Shown piece after piece: positions 51,479 through 61,987 of a DNA stretch of 64,000 nucleotides. Within the stretch, counting starts at the first letter, position 1; each line of letters starts with the position of its first letter. The position numbers and the translations under genes are program-made. Source of the DNA: Escherichia phage vB_VIPECOMC06; sequence record PQ416618.1. One strand, given 5' to 3'. The notes below the pieces were generated by a model. The model was given only the letters and a program-made list of their open reading frames with translations, had not been told where the DNA came from and made no database searches.

Positions 51479-52609
51479 ATGGCTTTTACAGTTGATATAA
51501 CTCCTAAAACACCTACTGGAGTTATAGATGAGACTAAGCAGTTTACTGCTACTCCCAGTGGTGAAACTGGAGGTGGAACTATTACCTATGCATGGAGTGT
51601 AGACGATGCTCCTCAAGTAGGATCGGCAGAAACTTTTGATTATGTGTTAAAAGGACCTGCTGGAACAAAAACAATTAAAGTTGTTGCAACAAATACTATT
51701 CCTGACTCTGAAGCTGAAACAGCTGAAATTAGTACAACTATTACAGTTCAAAACAAAACACAGACAACTACGTTGGCAGTAACTCCTAATAGTCCTCCAG
51801 CAGGAGTAATTGGAACCCCAGTTCAATTTACTGCTGCCTTAGCTTCTCAACCGGCTGGAGCGTCTGCTACGTATCAGTGGTATGTAGATGATTCACAGGT
51901 TGGTGGAGAAACTAACTCTACATTTAGCTATACTCCAACTACAAGTGGAGTTAAAAAAATCAAGTGTGTAGCTCAAGTAACCGCAACAGATTATGATGCA
52001 CTGAGCGTTACTTCTAATGAAGTATCATTGACAGTTAATAAGAAGACAATGAATCCACAGGTTACATTGACTCCTCCTTCTATTAACGTTCAGCAAGATG
52101 CTTCGGCTACATTTACTGCTAATGTAACTGATGCTCCTGAAGAAGCGCAAATTGCGTATTCATGGAAGAAAGATTCTTCTCCTGTAGAAGGGTCAACTAA
52201 CGTATACACCGTTGATACATCATCTATTGGAAGTCAAACTATTGAAGTTACTGCAACTATTACTGCAACTGATTACGATAGCAAAACTATTACAGCAGAA
52301 GGTCAAGTTCAAGTGACTGATAAAGTTGCTCCAGAACCAGAAGGTGAATTACCTTATGTTCATCCTCTTCCACATCGTACTTCAGCTTATATCTGGTGCG
52401 GTTGGTGGGTTATGGATGAAATCCAAAAAATGACTGAAGAAGGTAAAGATTGGAAAACTGACGACCCGGATAGTAAATACTACCTGCATCGTTACACTCT
52501 TCAGAAGATGTTGAAAGACTATCCGGAAGTTGATGTTCAAGAATCACGTAATGGATACATCATTCATAAAACTGCTTTGGAAACTGGTATCATCTATACA
52601 TATCCATAA
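51479..52609 (+). CDS. hoc: Head outer capsid protein Hoc (tandem Ig-like domains)
   Basis: 376 aa, same length as T4 Hoc; repeated Ig-like segments (…TPKTPTGVIDETKQFTATPSG…, …TPNSPPAGVIGTPVQFTAAL…). Confidence 0.85.
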   Translation: MAFTVDITPKTPTGVIDETKQFTATPSGETGGGTITYAWSVDDAPQVGSAETFDYVLKGPAGTKTIKVVATNTIPDSEAETAEISTTITVQNKTQTTTLAVTPNSPPAGVIGTPVQFTAALASQPAGASATYQWYVDDSQVGGETNSTFSYTPTTSGVKKIKCVAQVTATDYDALSVTSNEVSLTVNKKTMNPQVTLTPPSINVQQDASATFTANVTDAPEEAQIAYSWKKDSSPVEGSTNVYTVDTSSIGSQTIEVTATITATDYDSKTITAEGQVQVTDKVAPEPEGELPYVHPLPHRTSAYIWCGWWVMDEIQKMTEEGKDWKTDDPDSKYYLHRYTLQKMLKDYPEVDVQESRNGYIIHKTALETGIIYTYP

Positions 52610-52614
52610 TCGTA

Positions 52615-52640
52615 AGGGGCTTCGGCCCCTTTCTTCGTTT
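52615..52640 (+). terminator. Intrinsic terminator after hoc
   Basis: AGGGGCTTCGGCCCCT + TTCTTCGTTTTT. Confidence 0.65.
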
Positions 52641-52702
52641 TTAAAGCATACAAAACACATCTTGAGATTGATGTATAATGGCACAAACCAAATGATACGG
52701 GA

Positions 52703-52903
52703 TTGATTATGAGAGTTGAAGTTGAAGTTTATACATTACATGAGGCGGGATTTTCATTCGTAGAAATTGCTCAAAAAATCGGTTTACAACCTAAAGAAGT
52801 TGGATTACTATGGACTAAAGCCGAGACAGCTCGGTCAAAGTTTAAAGCAAAAGAAAAAGTTGTATACCGTAAACGTTTGATTAACAAAAAGGTGAAGAAA
52901 TGA
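52703..52903 (+). CDS. Hypothetical small protein with HTH-like segment
   Basis: 66 aa; …EAGFSFVEIAQKIGLQPKEV… resembles a helix-turn-helix. Confidence 0.5.
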   Translation: MIMRVEVEVYTLHEAGFSFVEIAQKIGLQPKEVGLLWTKAETARSKFKAKEKVVYRKRLINKKVKK

Positions 52904-53151
52904 GTTTTGCACAGGAATTAAGAGAAAGGGCGCTGGCCACTAAAGCCAATTTGTTGAAAGATTTTATTACTAACTTCTCTGTGATGGCAGAGAAAGCCGC
53001 TGACAAAGGCCAGACACAATTTACATACTATCCGTCAAAGAATGATTTAACTATCACCGAGCAAATCGGGGAATGGTTCCGTGATAATGGCTTTCAGTAC
53101 AAAATTAATCATGACCAGCGTGATGGGCACTGGATAGAAATCAAGTTCTAG
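52900..53151 (+). CDS. Hypothetical protein, 83 aa
   Basis: ORF coupled to previous gene. Confidence 0.5.
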   Translation: MSFAQELRERALATKANLLKDFITNFSVMAEKAADKGQTQFTYYPSKNDLTITEQIGEWFRDNGFQYKINHDQRDGHWIEIKF

Positions 53152-53152
53152 T

Positions 53153-53180
53153 ATGCTTTACATTTTTTGATGGTATAATG
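53153..53180 (+). promoter_or_regulatory. Middle promoter (MotA box) upstream of rnlB
   Basis: ATGCTTTA followed by TGGTATAAT -10. Confidence 0.5.
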
Positions 53181-53270
53181 AATCTAGGTTCTATCCATTC
53201 AAATTAAACATTGGGCCAGAGATAGAGTCTCTGCTAATTATTTTGATATTATTATTTATAATGGTGATTT

Positions 53271-54269
53271 ATGTTTAAGAAATACAGCAGTCTTGAAAAC
53301 CACTACAACTCTAAGTTTATTGAAAAACTCTACACTAATGGTTTGACTACTGGTGTTTGGGTAGCACGTGAGAAAATCCATGGGACCAACTTCTCGTTAA
53401 TAATTGAACGTGACAACGTCACATGCGCCAAGCGCACAGGCCCTATTCTTCCAGCAGAAGATTTTTACGGCTATGAAATCGTACTCAAGAAGTATGATAA
53501 AGCTATTAAAGCCGTTCAGGAATTAATGCACGCAGATCGAGCAGTATCATATCAAGTATTCGGTGAATTCGCTGGTGGTGGAATCCAGAAAGGTGTTGAC
53601 TACGGTGAAAAAGATTTTTATGTGTTCGATATCATTATCAATACAGAAAGTGGTGATAATACGTATTTGACCGATTACGAAATGCAAGATTTCTGTAATG
53701 AATTCGGTTTTAAAATGGCACCAATGCTTGGTCGTGGCACATTTGATTCTCTTATCATGATTCCAAACGACCTTGATTCCGTCTTAGCCGCTTATAATGC
53801 TACTGCGTCAGAAGACCTTGTAGAAGCAAATAATTGTGTATTTGATGCTAATGTTATTGGCGATAATACAGCAGAAGGTTATGTTCTGAAGCCTTGTTTC
53901 CCTAAATGGCTGCCAAACGGTACTCGTGTAGCTATTAAGTGCAAGAACTCTAAATTCAGTGAAAAGAAAAAGTCTGATAAGCCTATTAAAACTCAGGTTC
54001 CATTAACCGAAATTGACAAAAACTTGCTTGATGTTCTAGCTTGTTATGTTACATTAAACCGTGTTAATAATGTGATTTCTAAGATTGGGACTGTAACGCC
54101 AAAAGATTTTGGCAAAGTGATGGGATTAACTGTTCAAGATATTCTGGAAGAAACTTCTCGTGAAGGTATTGTATTAACATCATCTGATAATCCGAATCTT
54201 GTTAAGAAAGAATTAGTCCGAATGGTGCAAGATGTTCTGCGTCCTGCATGGATTGAATTAGTATCATAA
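53271..54269 (+). CDS. rnlB: RNA ligase 2
   Basis: 332 aa; [21 protein letters not shown]…[16 protein letters not shown]… matches T4 Rnl2. Confidence 0.9.
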   Translation: MFKKYSSLENHYNSKFIEKLYTNGLTTGVWVAREKIHGTNFSLIIERDNVTCAKRTGPILPAEDFYGYEIVLKKYDKAIKAVQELMHADRAVSYQVFGEFAGGGIQKGVDYGEKDFYVFDIIINTESGDNTYLTDYEMQDFCNEFGFKMAPMLGRGTFDSLIMIPNDLDSVLAAYNATASEDLVEANNCVFDANVIGDNTAEGYVLKPCFPKWLPNGTRVAIKCKNSKFSEKKKSDKPIKTQVPLTEIDKNLLDVLACYVTLNRVNNVISKIGTVTPKDFGKVMGLTVQDILEETSREGIVLTSSDNPNLVKKELVRMVQDVLRPAWIELVS

Positions 54270-54277
54270 CGAAAAAG

Positions 54278-54298
54278 GGACCTTACGGTCCCTTTTTA
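54278..54298. terminator. Bidirectional terminator between rnlB (+) and gene 24 (-)
   Basis: GGGACCTTACGGTCCC flanked by A run and T run. Confidence 0.7.
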
Positions 54299-55579
54299 TT
54301 AATCAATAATAATTTTAGGCAATTTAACACCGAGTAAAACAGACAAGTCTGAACGTCCTGCCATTTTATCCATGTCCCCACCATCAATTATTCTCGCTTC
54401 TTTTTCATCTTTTGCTACTGTGTAAGGATTTGCTGATAAAGCATATCTAACCAATAATCCGATAGATGGTTGCAAGCTTTCTGGATCAACTACGACTTTA
54501 AATGCACCGACATGTTCCGGGTCATCTAAATCTACTCCTTCAGTGTATGGAGCATAAAAGACGGACCCTACAATTTCTTTTTCGCCGATATTTTCTACAA
54601 CACCCACAATAACATAATCTAACGGACTGTTGGTATCGCAGTAAAGAGGTAATCCATTTGCCAAGAATCCATAAGCATTTTGTGAAAGATACTTGTCATC
54701 TTCTGGCTTATGTTTTAACCAACCGGAAGCAGCAAGAATAGCAGCTGCACGAGCTGAGGCTACACAAAACGTTGCAGTATAAGTTGTCTCTTTTTGAATG
54801 TGTGATACCATTTCACACACCATTCGATATAACGAACGACCTGCTTCTGGAGCGGATGCATAGCTCAAGTCAATAAATCCGGTGTCAGTAATTCCAGTAA
54901 CTTTATAACGTTTCGATACAGTAATTAAAGACTGAAGAATATCTTTATTAATTTCATCAGCCATTTCAGTGGCAAGCAAATCTTCTAAGAAGTTAGGGGC
55001 ATCAAATCCATTCGCTTCCAAATCTTGCGCTAATTCAACCGTGAGGCCAGTTTTAAGTTTACGAGATTTGACTGAAGTTTGCCATTTATTAATCTGGAAT
55101 CTTGCATCAGCAATTTCGCTACCAGAACTTTCAAATTTGCTTGTTACCGCTGCATCTGAAAATAACCGTACCTTTAAATGAACGACTGCAATCTGAAGAG
55201 CTAATTCTAGATCACTTTCTTGAATATCTGCAAATGGTGTATCTTCTAACACTTTATAGACGATATTATTATATTTGAAAAAATCGCCTTTATTTAGTGT
55301 GTCTTTTGATTCTTCTGTGAGCTCAGTAATTTTTTCTCGGTCTACATATCCAACTTCGCCTGCATAAGTAGCACCAGTTTTAAATGTGAATTCGTTATCT
55401 GGGTTAAGATATTTGATACCATAAAAAGCAGCAACAGGTTGATTAGTTCTTTGTGTTGCTACAATGTCAGAATATATTAATTTAGTCGTAGCGCGAGTCA
55501 AAGCAACGAGATTTGGGCGACCGATTGAGTTGCTAGTAGACGTTGTAGATTCACGCAATAATTTTTGGATTTTACTCAT
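54299..55579 (-). CDS. 24: Capsid vertex protein gp24
   Basis: 426 aa; …LLRESTTSTSNSIGRPNLVALTRATTKLIYSDIVATQRTNQPVAAFYG… matches T4 gp24. Confidence 0.95.
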   Translation of the reverse strand: MSKIQKLLRESTTSTSNSIGRPNLVALTRATTKLIYSDIVATQRTNQPVAAFYGIKYLNPDNEFTFKTGATYAGEVGYVDREKITELTEESKDTLNKGDFFKYNNIVYKVLEDTPFADIQESDLELALQIAVVHLKVRLFSDAAVTSKFESSGSEIADARFQINKWQTSVKSRKLKTGLTVELAQDLEANGFDAPNFLEDLLATEMADEINKDILQSLITVSKRYKVTGITDTGFIDLSYASAPEAGRSLYRMVCEMVSHIQKETTYTATFCVASARAAAILAASGWLKHKPEDDKYLSQNAYGFLANGLPLYCDTNSPLDYVIVGVVENIGEKEIVGSVFYAPYTEGVDLDDPEHVGAFKVVVDPESLQPSIGLLVRYALSANPYTVAKDEKEARIIDGGDMDKMAGRSDLSVLLGVKLPKIIID

Positions 55580-55606
55580 TGCATTTTTTCCTTATGTGAT
55601 ATAGAT

Positions 55607-55614
55607 TATTTATA
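55607..55614 (-). promoter_or_regulatory. Late promoter for gene 24
   Basis: TATAAATA on minus strand about 28 nt upstream of gp24 start. Confidence 0.7.
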
Positions 55615-55620
55615 AAGATT

Positions 55621-55654
55621 GTTTACAACGTATTTGGTATGTGATACTATAGAC
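55621..55654 (+). promoter_or_regulatory. Early promoter upstream of ORF 55681 (inside late head module)
   Basis: GTTTAC … GATACTATAGAC. Confidence 0.65.
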
Positions 55655-55680
55655 TTATCAACTACAGAGGAGTAAACAAA

Positions 55681-55950
55681 ATGACTAAAGCACGTTTCTT
55701 ACGAGATACTTTAAAAGTTCTGGAAGCTGAAGCAGTTAAGTTAGTAGAAAAATATGGTGCAAAAGTTAATGGTAATGCCTTCAACAAAGTATGGATGAAA
55801 GTTGATTCTGAAGCTCGAGCTAAAGGTTATTGGGCCACTGATAAACTTGCATCATTCAAAAACAAAGATGGTTCTCCAGCATATGTCCAAGAAGGTATGC
55901 CTAATTGGCAAAATATTTTGAAAACTTACATCGAAATTGCACAGAAATAA
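55681..55950 (+). CDS. Hypothetical early protein, 89 aa, embedded between late genes 24 and 23
   Basis: ORF with GAGGAG RBS and own early promoter; opposite strand to flanking head genes. Confidence 0.55.
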   Translation: MTKARFLRDTLKVLEAEAVKLVEKYGAKVNGNAFNKVWMKVDSEARAKGYWATDKLASFKNKDGSPAYVQEGMPNWQNILKTYIEIAQK

Positions 55951-55960
55951 AACCAAAAAT

Positions 55961-55978
55961 GGGAGACCGAAGTCTCCC
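55961..55978. terminator. Bidirectional terminator between ORF 55681 (+) and gene 23 (-)
   Basis: GGGAGACCGAAGTCTCCC flanked by A runs. Confidence 0.7.
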
Positions 55979-56002
55979 AAAATAAGATTTAATCAATTAA
56001 GA

Positions 56003-57571
56003 TTAGATGCCTTTTACATATACACGGCGGAAGTAAGCGTTCTTACCAAGGCTGTTCAGGATAGACGGCATACCGGACTGGATGCGAGCACCTGGAGCCT
56101 GCAGGGAACTTTCAGCAAACGGGTTAACACCGATACCGTAACGAGTTTTAAAGCCCATTACCGGCTGGAAGTTCTTAGGATCGGAACCACGCAGTGGGGT
56201 AAGTGCAACGTAAGGAGCATAGTAAATACCTGCATCCATTTCGTTAGCGCCTTTGTAACCAACGGTAAAGTAATCCTGTTTAGCATACTGGTCGATGTAT
56301 ACGCGGTACTTACCACCAAGTACACCGGCAAATACAGACTTAGTAGTGTCGGTATTAAAACCAGAAGCCAGACCCTGTGCAGCGTAAGAAATACCAGTAT
56401 CAACTGAAGCCAGTACGTTAACTACGTTACGGGAAGCGATAATGAAGTTACCTTCACCACGACCGGTTTGACGAGCAATTTCAACTGCTTCTTTATCAAT
56501 CTGGAACAACAGAGCTTTAAAGCTTTCACCGGCCCAACGAGCACCACGGATATCAATCGGGTCCTGGAAGTCAAATACACCAGCTTTAGAACCAACGATA
56601 TTAGTCATACCAGATTTACCAACCTGAGCGGAGTAGTTAATCCAGTCAACAACTTCACGGTTGATTTCCAGCATAATTTCAGTAGCAAGAATACCACTCA
56701 GTTCAGCATCAGCATCCATACCGTGTACTGCACGGAGGTCTTGTGCCAATTCGATGGAGTAAGCTGCTTTCAGCTGACGAGATTTAGCTTCAATAACTTG
56801 TTTGTCGATACGGAAGCCCATTTCGTTCCATGGGTTATCGGTAGAACCGTTGAAACCTTCCTGAAGCTCGGCGATAGAAGTAGCCATACCTTCAGCGATT
56901 TCTACCAGTACACCAGCTTCCATTTGTTTCTTAATTTCAGCATCCAGTTTAGTTGCATCGGTAGCACTAGCATCGATTGTTACTACAGCAGAAGCTTGTA
57001 GATACACAGTACCAGTGTCCTGGAAGAAGTGAGTATAGATATCACCTACAACGGTTTGTGTGCTAGCAGCCAGAGCTGGGAATTTCTTAGCAGCACCCTG
57101 ACCAGAGAACATCGCGTCTGGAGCATACATCGGATGGAAAGCTTCTTTAGCGTCAGCAGCGATAGGGTCTTTACCATATACTGCACGGAGAGCAAATACC
57201 TGACCGGTAGGGCTGTTCATAGGCTGAACACCACAAATATCGAAAGCGATCAGATTAGGAATAGCACGACGAACCATACCCATAACTGCCGGCCCAATCT
57301 GGGTTACTGCACCGGAGGTTTGACCTGCTGCGATGTTCTGAGCATTATAACCGTGGTCACCACCAATTTCAGCTTCGGTCAAGAAAGAACCAAATGCCTG
57401 AGCGATTTTCTCGTCTTTATATTCAGGGGATACTTCGAAATCTTTTTCCTGGTTTTCGAAGATTTTAGCGATAATAGCCTGCTTGCTATTAGCGATTTCC
57501 GGCAGGCCTTCACCTTCCAGCAGTTCTTTCCATTTGTCTACGAGCTGAGCTTTAGTTTTGATAGTAGTCAT
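56003..57571 (-). CDS. 23: Major capsid protein gp23
   Basis: 522 aa; MTTIKTKAQLVDKWKELLEGEGLPEIANSKQAIIAKIFENQEKDF… nearly identical to T4 gp23. Confidence 0.97.
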   Translation of the reverse strand: MTTIKTKAQLVDKWKELLEGEGLPEIANSKQAIIAKIFENQEKDFEVSPEYKDEKIAQAFGSFLTEAEIGGDHGYNAQNIAAGQTSGAVTQIGPAVMGMVRRAIPNLIAFDICGVQPMNSPTGQVFALRAVYGKDPIAADAKEAFHPMYAPDAMFSGQGAAKKFPALAASTQTVVGDIYTHFFQDTGTVYLQASAVVTIDASATDATKLDAEIKKQMEAGVLVEIAEGMATSIAELQEGFNGSTDNPWNEMGFRIDKQVIEAKSRQLKAAYSIELAQDLRAVHGMDADAELSGILATEIMLEINREVVDWINYSAQVGKSGMTNIVGSKAGVFDFQDPIDIRGARWAGESFKALLFQIDKEAVEIARQTGRGEGNFIIASRNVVNVLASVDTGISYAAQGLASGFNTDTTKSVFAGVLGGKYRVYIDQYAKQDYFTVGYKGANEMDAGIYYAPYVALTPLRGSDPKNFQPVMGFKTRYGIGVNPFAESSLQAPGARIQSGMPSILNSLGKNAYFRRVYVKGI

Positions 57572-57588
57572 TTGTGTTAACCTTTAAA

Positions 57589-58401
57589 TTAGAAACGAGA
57601 TGCGACTTTCGCATATAAACTTACATTAGAATTCTGTTCTACCTGAGTTGTGGTAGTGTCAACTGCTTCGGCAACAAAATTAAGACCGGCAGCGTCATTG
57701 TCAACTGTATTTATATTTTCGGTAATAGCGGCTTCTTCTTTAGTAGAACCTTTAACCATTTCTACAATAGCAGTTAACTTAGTACCAAATGCGTCAGAAT
57801 AATCCATACCTTCAACCAGGCCAATAACTTTTTCTTTCTGAGATTCAGTCAGGTCTTTTACGCTTTCAATAATAGCGGTTTCACGCTGAACGTAATTGAT
57901 ATATGCATCACGTTTGGTAACTTCTTCGAACAAACGAGCGGTTTCTTCTTTATGTTCGGCCAGCTCTTCTTCCATTTCTGCTACAACATCTACAGATTCT
58001 TCTGGAACAACAACGTTATGTTCAACAAACAGTTCTTTCAGACCACCAAGCATGGATTCGAACAAATCAGCTTTAATGCCTTTATCAACTGCGATTTGGT
58101 TTTCTGCGAGCCATTCTTTTGCAAGATGGTCTAGGAATTTAGAAGCTTGTTCAGCCAATTTTTTATCAGCTTTCTCTTCAGCATCTTCTTTAGCCTTTTC
58201 AACTTCTTCTTCGGCCTTTTCGGCGATGGCTTTGATATGAGATTCAGCCAGTTTGACTGCTTCCTGCTTAACGGTGGCTTCGAATACAGTGCTGAAATTA
58301 GCTTTAACGTCCGGAGACAGTTCTACTGATTCGAAAACACTATTAAGAGCAACTGAAGTCTCGATGTTTTGAGCTTCTTTCAAAAGTTGTTCTTTGATCA
58401 T
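57589..58401 (-). CDS. 22: Prohead core scaffold protein gp22
   Basis: 270 aa, acidic coiled-coil; matches T4 gp22. Confidence 0.9.
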   Translation of the reverse strand: MIKEQLLKEAQNIETSVALNSVFESVELSPDVKANFSTVFEATVKQEAVKLAESHIKAIAEKAEEEVEKAKEDAEEKADKKLAEQASKFLDHLAKEWLAENQIAVDKGIKADLFESMLGGLKELFVEHNVVVPEESVDVVAEMEEELAEHKEETARLFEEVTKRDAYINYVQRETAIIESVKDLTESQKEKVIGLVEGMDYSDAFGTKLTAIVEMVKGSTKEEAAITENINTVDNDAAGLNFVAEAVDTTTTQVEQNSNVSLYAKVASRF

Positions 58402-58431
58402 TTTAGTGTCCTGTGGTTTAGATTACATTAT

Positions 58432-58439
58432 TATTTATA
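58432..58439 (-). promoter_or_regulatory. Late promoter for gene 22
   Basis: TATAAATA on minus strand about 31 nt upstream of gp22 start, overlapping gp21 stop. Confidence 0.7.
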
Positions 58440-59076
58440 ATGCTTTTAAACTCTCTGCGAGAGCTTTAAATGCTTCGTCAGCACTGTTTTTGGTGATTTC
58501 CACCGAATTTTCTGATTCTGATATTTGTTTAGGAGTAACCCAAGCATCTGGAGCAGAAGGTCCCCATACGGCATCTACGCCGACGGTTAATTTAAATCCT
58601 TCGTTCACGATACGGTACCCTTTATTGGTGTCGGTTAAAGAACCAAGACCACGAGAGGAAACACCTGGAATCCAACCAGCTCGTATATTAGCAGCTAATT
58701 TATCGCCGGGACCATGGTCGCCTTCAATAATTCTAGCACGTCCATATACATCGTTTCCTTTCCACCACATATCTTCAATAATGATAGCGGCTTGCATAGG
58801 GTCAACATTTGCACGAGGTGGATGGTTTAATTCTCCAAGGGCTTGTTTGGTTGCAACTTGTTCTTTAATATAGTCACTTACTGCTTTTTCCAAAACACGT
58901 TTAGGATATAAACGTTTATTTCGGTTAACAACCTCTGCCTGAAGAAAAATACCTTCTATATAAAGCCCTGGTTTTAAGCCAGAATCTTTTCCATCATGAG
59001 ATTCCAACATTGGAACGCCATCAATAATCTCACCGGGTTGACCCCAAGTTTCAATAAGTAACTCGGGTTTATTCAT
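58435..59076 (-). CDS. 21: Prohead core protease gp21
   Basis: 213 aa; …LIETWGQPGEIIDGVPMLESHDGKD… matches T4 gp21. Confidence 0.95.
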   Translation of the reverse strand: MNKPELLIETWGQPGEIIDGVPMLESHDGKDSGLKPGLYIEGIFLQAEVVNRNKRLYPKRVLEKAVSDYIKEQVATKQALGELNHPPRANVDPMQAAIIIEDMWWKGNDVYGRARIIEGDHGPGDKLAANIRAGWIPGVSSRGLGSLTDTNKGYRIVNEGFKLTVGVDAVWGPSAPDAWVTPKQISESENSVEITKNSADEAFKALAESLKAL

Positions 59077-59501
59077 TAGCTTAATCCTAATGCTTTACGA
59101 CGTTTAAGAGCTTTTTTACGCTTACGTAAGCCTTTAACTTGGCCTGAAGGGTTAGCTTTTTTAGCTTTAACGACCTTACGAGCGATTTGTCTACGTTTTG
59201 CTTTAGAAAGACCAGTTGTTTGGAACGCGTTACGTTCACGAGTTTTACGGTCTTTAGTGCGAGTGACTTCACCACGAGAAGAAACATGTTTAACGATAAA
59301 CTCATTTAACTGTTCTTCATTAATAATGGAAGCCATTGCAACAGCTAAATCCGTTTCAGTTTCAAGCATGTTCTCGATAATAGTATTTATATCGTCAATA
59401 TCGAGAGCAGAAGACAATGCATCGATTAGGCCCTGTGCTTCAGGAATAAGTGCTTCGACATTTTCGAGTACTAATTCATAAGATTCAGGGATAAGATACA
59501 T
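59076..59501 (-). CDS. 68: Prohead core protein gp68
   Basis: 141 aa; synteny between 21 and 67. Confidence 0.8.
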   Translation of the reverse strand: MYLIPESYELVLENVEALIPEAQGLIDALSSALDIDDINTIIENMLETETDLAVAMASIINEEQLNEFIVKHVSSRGEVTRTKDRKTRERNAFQTTGLSKAKRRQIARKVVKAKKANPSGQVKGLRKRKKALKRRKALGLS

Positions 59502-59728
59502 TATTCATCGTCCTCATCATCTTCGTCTTCGTCGTCATCATCTTCGTCTTCGTCGTCTTCCGAAGCTTTCTCTTCTTCAGGTTCTTCGCCTTCAATCAAA
59601 AATTGAGAAGCGATTTCTGCTTTGCGTGCTTCAATCAAACGAACCGTTTTTTCTGCCATTGCACTTTCAAAAAACTTTCGAGTAGCAACGAGGTCGTTTG
59701 ATTTAATAGCTTGAATTAAATCGTCCAT
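59501..59728 (-). CDS. 67: Prohead core protein gp67 (acidic)
   Basis: 75 aa with poly-D/E C-terminus. Confidence 0.8.
   Translation of the reverse strand: MDDLIQAIKSNDLVATRKFFESAMAEKTVRLIEARKAEIASQFLIEGEEPEEEKASEDDEDEDDDDEDEDDEDDE
59510..59575 (-). repeat. Poly-acidic codon repeat (GAAGACGA-like) encoding the gp67 D/E tail
   Basis: Protein C-terminus [19 protein letters not shown]. Confidence 0.6.
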
Positions 59729-61299
59729 TAAAAATCCTCTTGTTCTTGGTCGGGGTCTTGGAAACGAGCCTCTTTCGACTCTTCTTCAATTTGCTTAGCC
59801 TCTTGTTCAATTTCCTCGTCAGACATCTGAAGAATATCTTTCATAGCTGTTCTGTGAGAAATATATTTACCAATAAATGGTTCGGCCATCTGAAGCATAT
59901 TAATGCGACGCTCCAGAATCTCAGCATCCTTTAATTCCGAGAAATAACTATCCCGATGAAATTTTATCTTAATATTATTTATTTCATCATTCCACTCATC
60001 TTCTGTAATAATTCCTTTAAGAATTAAATTAGTTTTAAGCGGGTCTAGGAATATCTCTTCAAATTTATGTTGCAGCTCACGAATAAATTTACCAAATGAC
60101 AATTCATCTCGTGTAATAGAAGTACCAGCATCAAACTGTATACCACCTTGGTCACTTGGAATACGGGTAATAGGAATACGTAAAGCCATATAAAGCGCAT
60201 TACGGAACCAACGTACATCTTCCATATTTCCGGTATTATCTGCACCTGGTAATGTGTCAACTTCTGTTACTGCTTTACCATCACGTCGTTGTAACCAATA
60301 ATCTTCGGTCATCGACATAATATGCTGCTGGTTTTTAATCTTGCCTGTAGTAGCATCATATGCAATACGGTTTTTCATCGTATTCATAACATGTTGCATA
60401 TGTTCTGCTGCTTTTCTTGAAGGCATATTACCTGTATCAACGTACCATACACGACGATCAGGAGCACGAGTAATACGATAAATTACTACGGCATCCTCAA
60501 GAAGTTTTAATTGGTTCGCTGGCTTAATAGCCCGATGCAAATAACCGATGATATTTTTACCACAACAATCAACTAAACCAGAATGGGCATAAACAATAGC
60601 GGCTTTAGGGATTTTTATTTTTGTGCCAGCTTCATATATGCGACCATCACAAGCATAAGATTCTTGTGATGTGTCATAAATGAAATATTCTTTATAACCC
60701 TTGACTATTTTAACACCAGCTTCAGTGGTTGTAATAACTTCACGGACATATTGAACTTGACGTGGGTCTAAACGACGAAGCTCTTTAATACCTTCTTTAG
60801 GGCGTTTAGGGTCAATAATTTTATGGAAGAAAATTCGAGAATCCACATACCAACGTCTAAAATGATCTGAACCTTTACGTTGGAAAGATAAATGATTTAA
60901 CACTTCGTTAAATTCATCCAACATCATTGATTTGATATTTGGACTAAATTTTGTGTTGTCTAAATTTATAGAAACGACTTCTGTATCATCTTCATACACG
61001 ATAGCATCGGAAACTATTTCAGAGACCGCGTTATCCACTTCATAGTTCGTCATCAAATTTCGATACGTATCGATTAATTCACGGGTTGATTTGAGCCCTG
61101 GTTCTTGACTACCGAACATTCTCTGAAACATAGCATTATATGTTTGCTGTGCTTCATTTTCAGATACTTCGTATTCTTTAGCGCCGTCGTCTAATTTTGG
61201 TGCGGTGATAGATTCTAAATTTTCTTTTTCTTGGTCTTTGTAATCACGTTCGTCCATTTTTGCCCATGGAGCAAACAAACTTAAGATATTAAATTTCAT
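59728..61299 (-). CDS. 20: Portal vertex protein gp20
   Basis: 523 aa; [26 protein letters not shown]… matches T4 gp20. Confidence 0.95.
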   Translation of the reverse strand: MKFNILSLFAPWAKMDERDYKDQEKENLESITAPKLDDGAKEYEVSENEAQQTYNAMFQRMFGSQEPGLKSTRELIDTYRNLMTNYEVDNAVSEIVSDAIVYEDDTEVVSINLDNTKFSPNIKSMMLDEFNEVLNHLSFQRKGSDHFRRWYVDSRIFFHKIIDPKRPKEGIKELRRLDPRQVQYVREVITTTEAGVKIVKGYKEYFIYDTSQESYACDGRIYEAGTKIKIPKAAIVYAHSGLVDCCGKNIIGYLHRAIKPANQLKLLEDAVVIYRITRAPDRRVWYVDTGNMPSRKAAEHMQHVMNTMKNRIAYDATTGKIKNQQHIMSMTEDYWLQRRDGKAVTEVDTLPGADNTGNMEDVRWFRNALYMALRIPITRIPSDQGGIQFDAGTSITRDELSFGKFIRELQHKFEEIFLDPLKTNLILKGIITEDEWNDEINNIKIKFHRDSYFSELKDAEILERRINMLQMAEPFIGKYISHRTAMKDILQMSDEEIEQEAKQIEEESKEARFQDPDQEQEDF

Positions 61300-61327
61300 T
61301 GTATTCTCCGAATGGGAATTATAGTTA

Positions 61328-61335
61328 TATTTATA
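61328..61335 (-). promoter_or_regulatory. Late promoter for gene 20
   Basis: TATAAATA on minus strand about 29 nt upstream of gp20 start. Confidence 0.7.
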
Positions 61336-61383
61336 TGGACTTCTCCGTCATCACGGGAAGCTGGGGATTTCTCCCCAACCAGA

Positions 61384-61875
61384 TTATTCCCACCAATCAA
61401 GAGCAAGAGTTACTTCGAACGTTTCAATCTCGTTATTGCTGTCCCAGTCAAGAGATACTTCACCAACGTTAGTAGGCCACAAGCCAACAATTTCAACTTC
61501 TTTAGTGACCGTTTTAGCATCACGAGCAAATTGACGAACGATAGCAGTCTTTTTATATTCAGCAGGTTTACCACCGGTAATTTCGTTACCTTGTCCTGCT
61601 GCAATACCTTGCCAATCAACAAATTTCTGACGAATGCTATGAGCATCATCGTTCATTACTGTAATAGTCCAATCATCGAATGTACGATCACCGGCCACGT
61701 TAATTTTACGGTTCATATAAGAAACAGGAACCTTTTCAACGATCGCAGCAGGAAGAGCCGTAGCACGACACTGGAAGCTAAAGTTTTGCCCAAGATAAGA
61801 GATTTCTACTTCGAACAGGTTAGGGCGAGCGAAATCACCTGATTCGAAGGCACGAGTTACGTCATCTACAAACAT
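61384..61875 (-). CDS. 19: Tail tube protein gp19
   Basis: 163 aa; MFVDDVTRAFESGDFARPNLFEVEISYLGQNF… matches T4 gp19. Confidence 0.95.
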   Translation of the reverse strand: MFVDDVTRAFESGDFARPNLFEVEISYLGQNFSFQCRATALPAAIVEKVPVSYMNRKINVAGDRTFDDWTITVMNDDAHSIRQKFVDWQGIAAGQGNEITGGKPAEYKKTAIVRQFARDAKTVTKEVEIVGLWPTNVGEVSLDWDSNNEIETFEVTLALDWWE

Positions 61876-61947
61876 ATTAGCCTCTGTAGTAATATGGGCT
61901 TAGGATTAACCGGAGGCCCATAGAATTAATTTTTAAACGATATAGTA

Positions 61948-61955
61948 TATTTATA
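61948..61955 (-). promoter_or_regulatory. Late promoter for gene 19
   Basis: TATAAATA on minus strand in the 18-19 intergenic region. Confidence 0.6.
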
Positions 61956-61987
61956 TGGGCTACCGAAATAGCCCATCAGGCGTCTTA

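Noticed and set aside
56158-57580. Several plus-strand ORFs (55937..56407, 56468..57001, 57029..57580) and one minus-strand ORF (56158..56403) inside major capsid gene 23
   Set aside because: All lie within or antisense to gp23, which matches T4 gp23 nearly residue for residue; they are open-frame artefacts.
57896-58329. Plus-strand ORFs (57896..58240, 57952..58134, 58147..58329) antisense to gp22
   Set aside because: Antisense to the scaffold gene; Ser/Ala/Phe-rich low-complexity translations.
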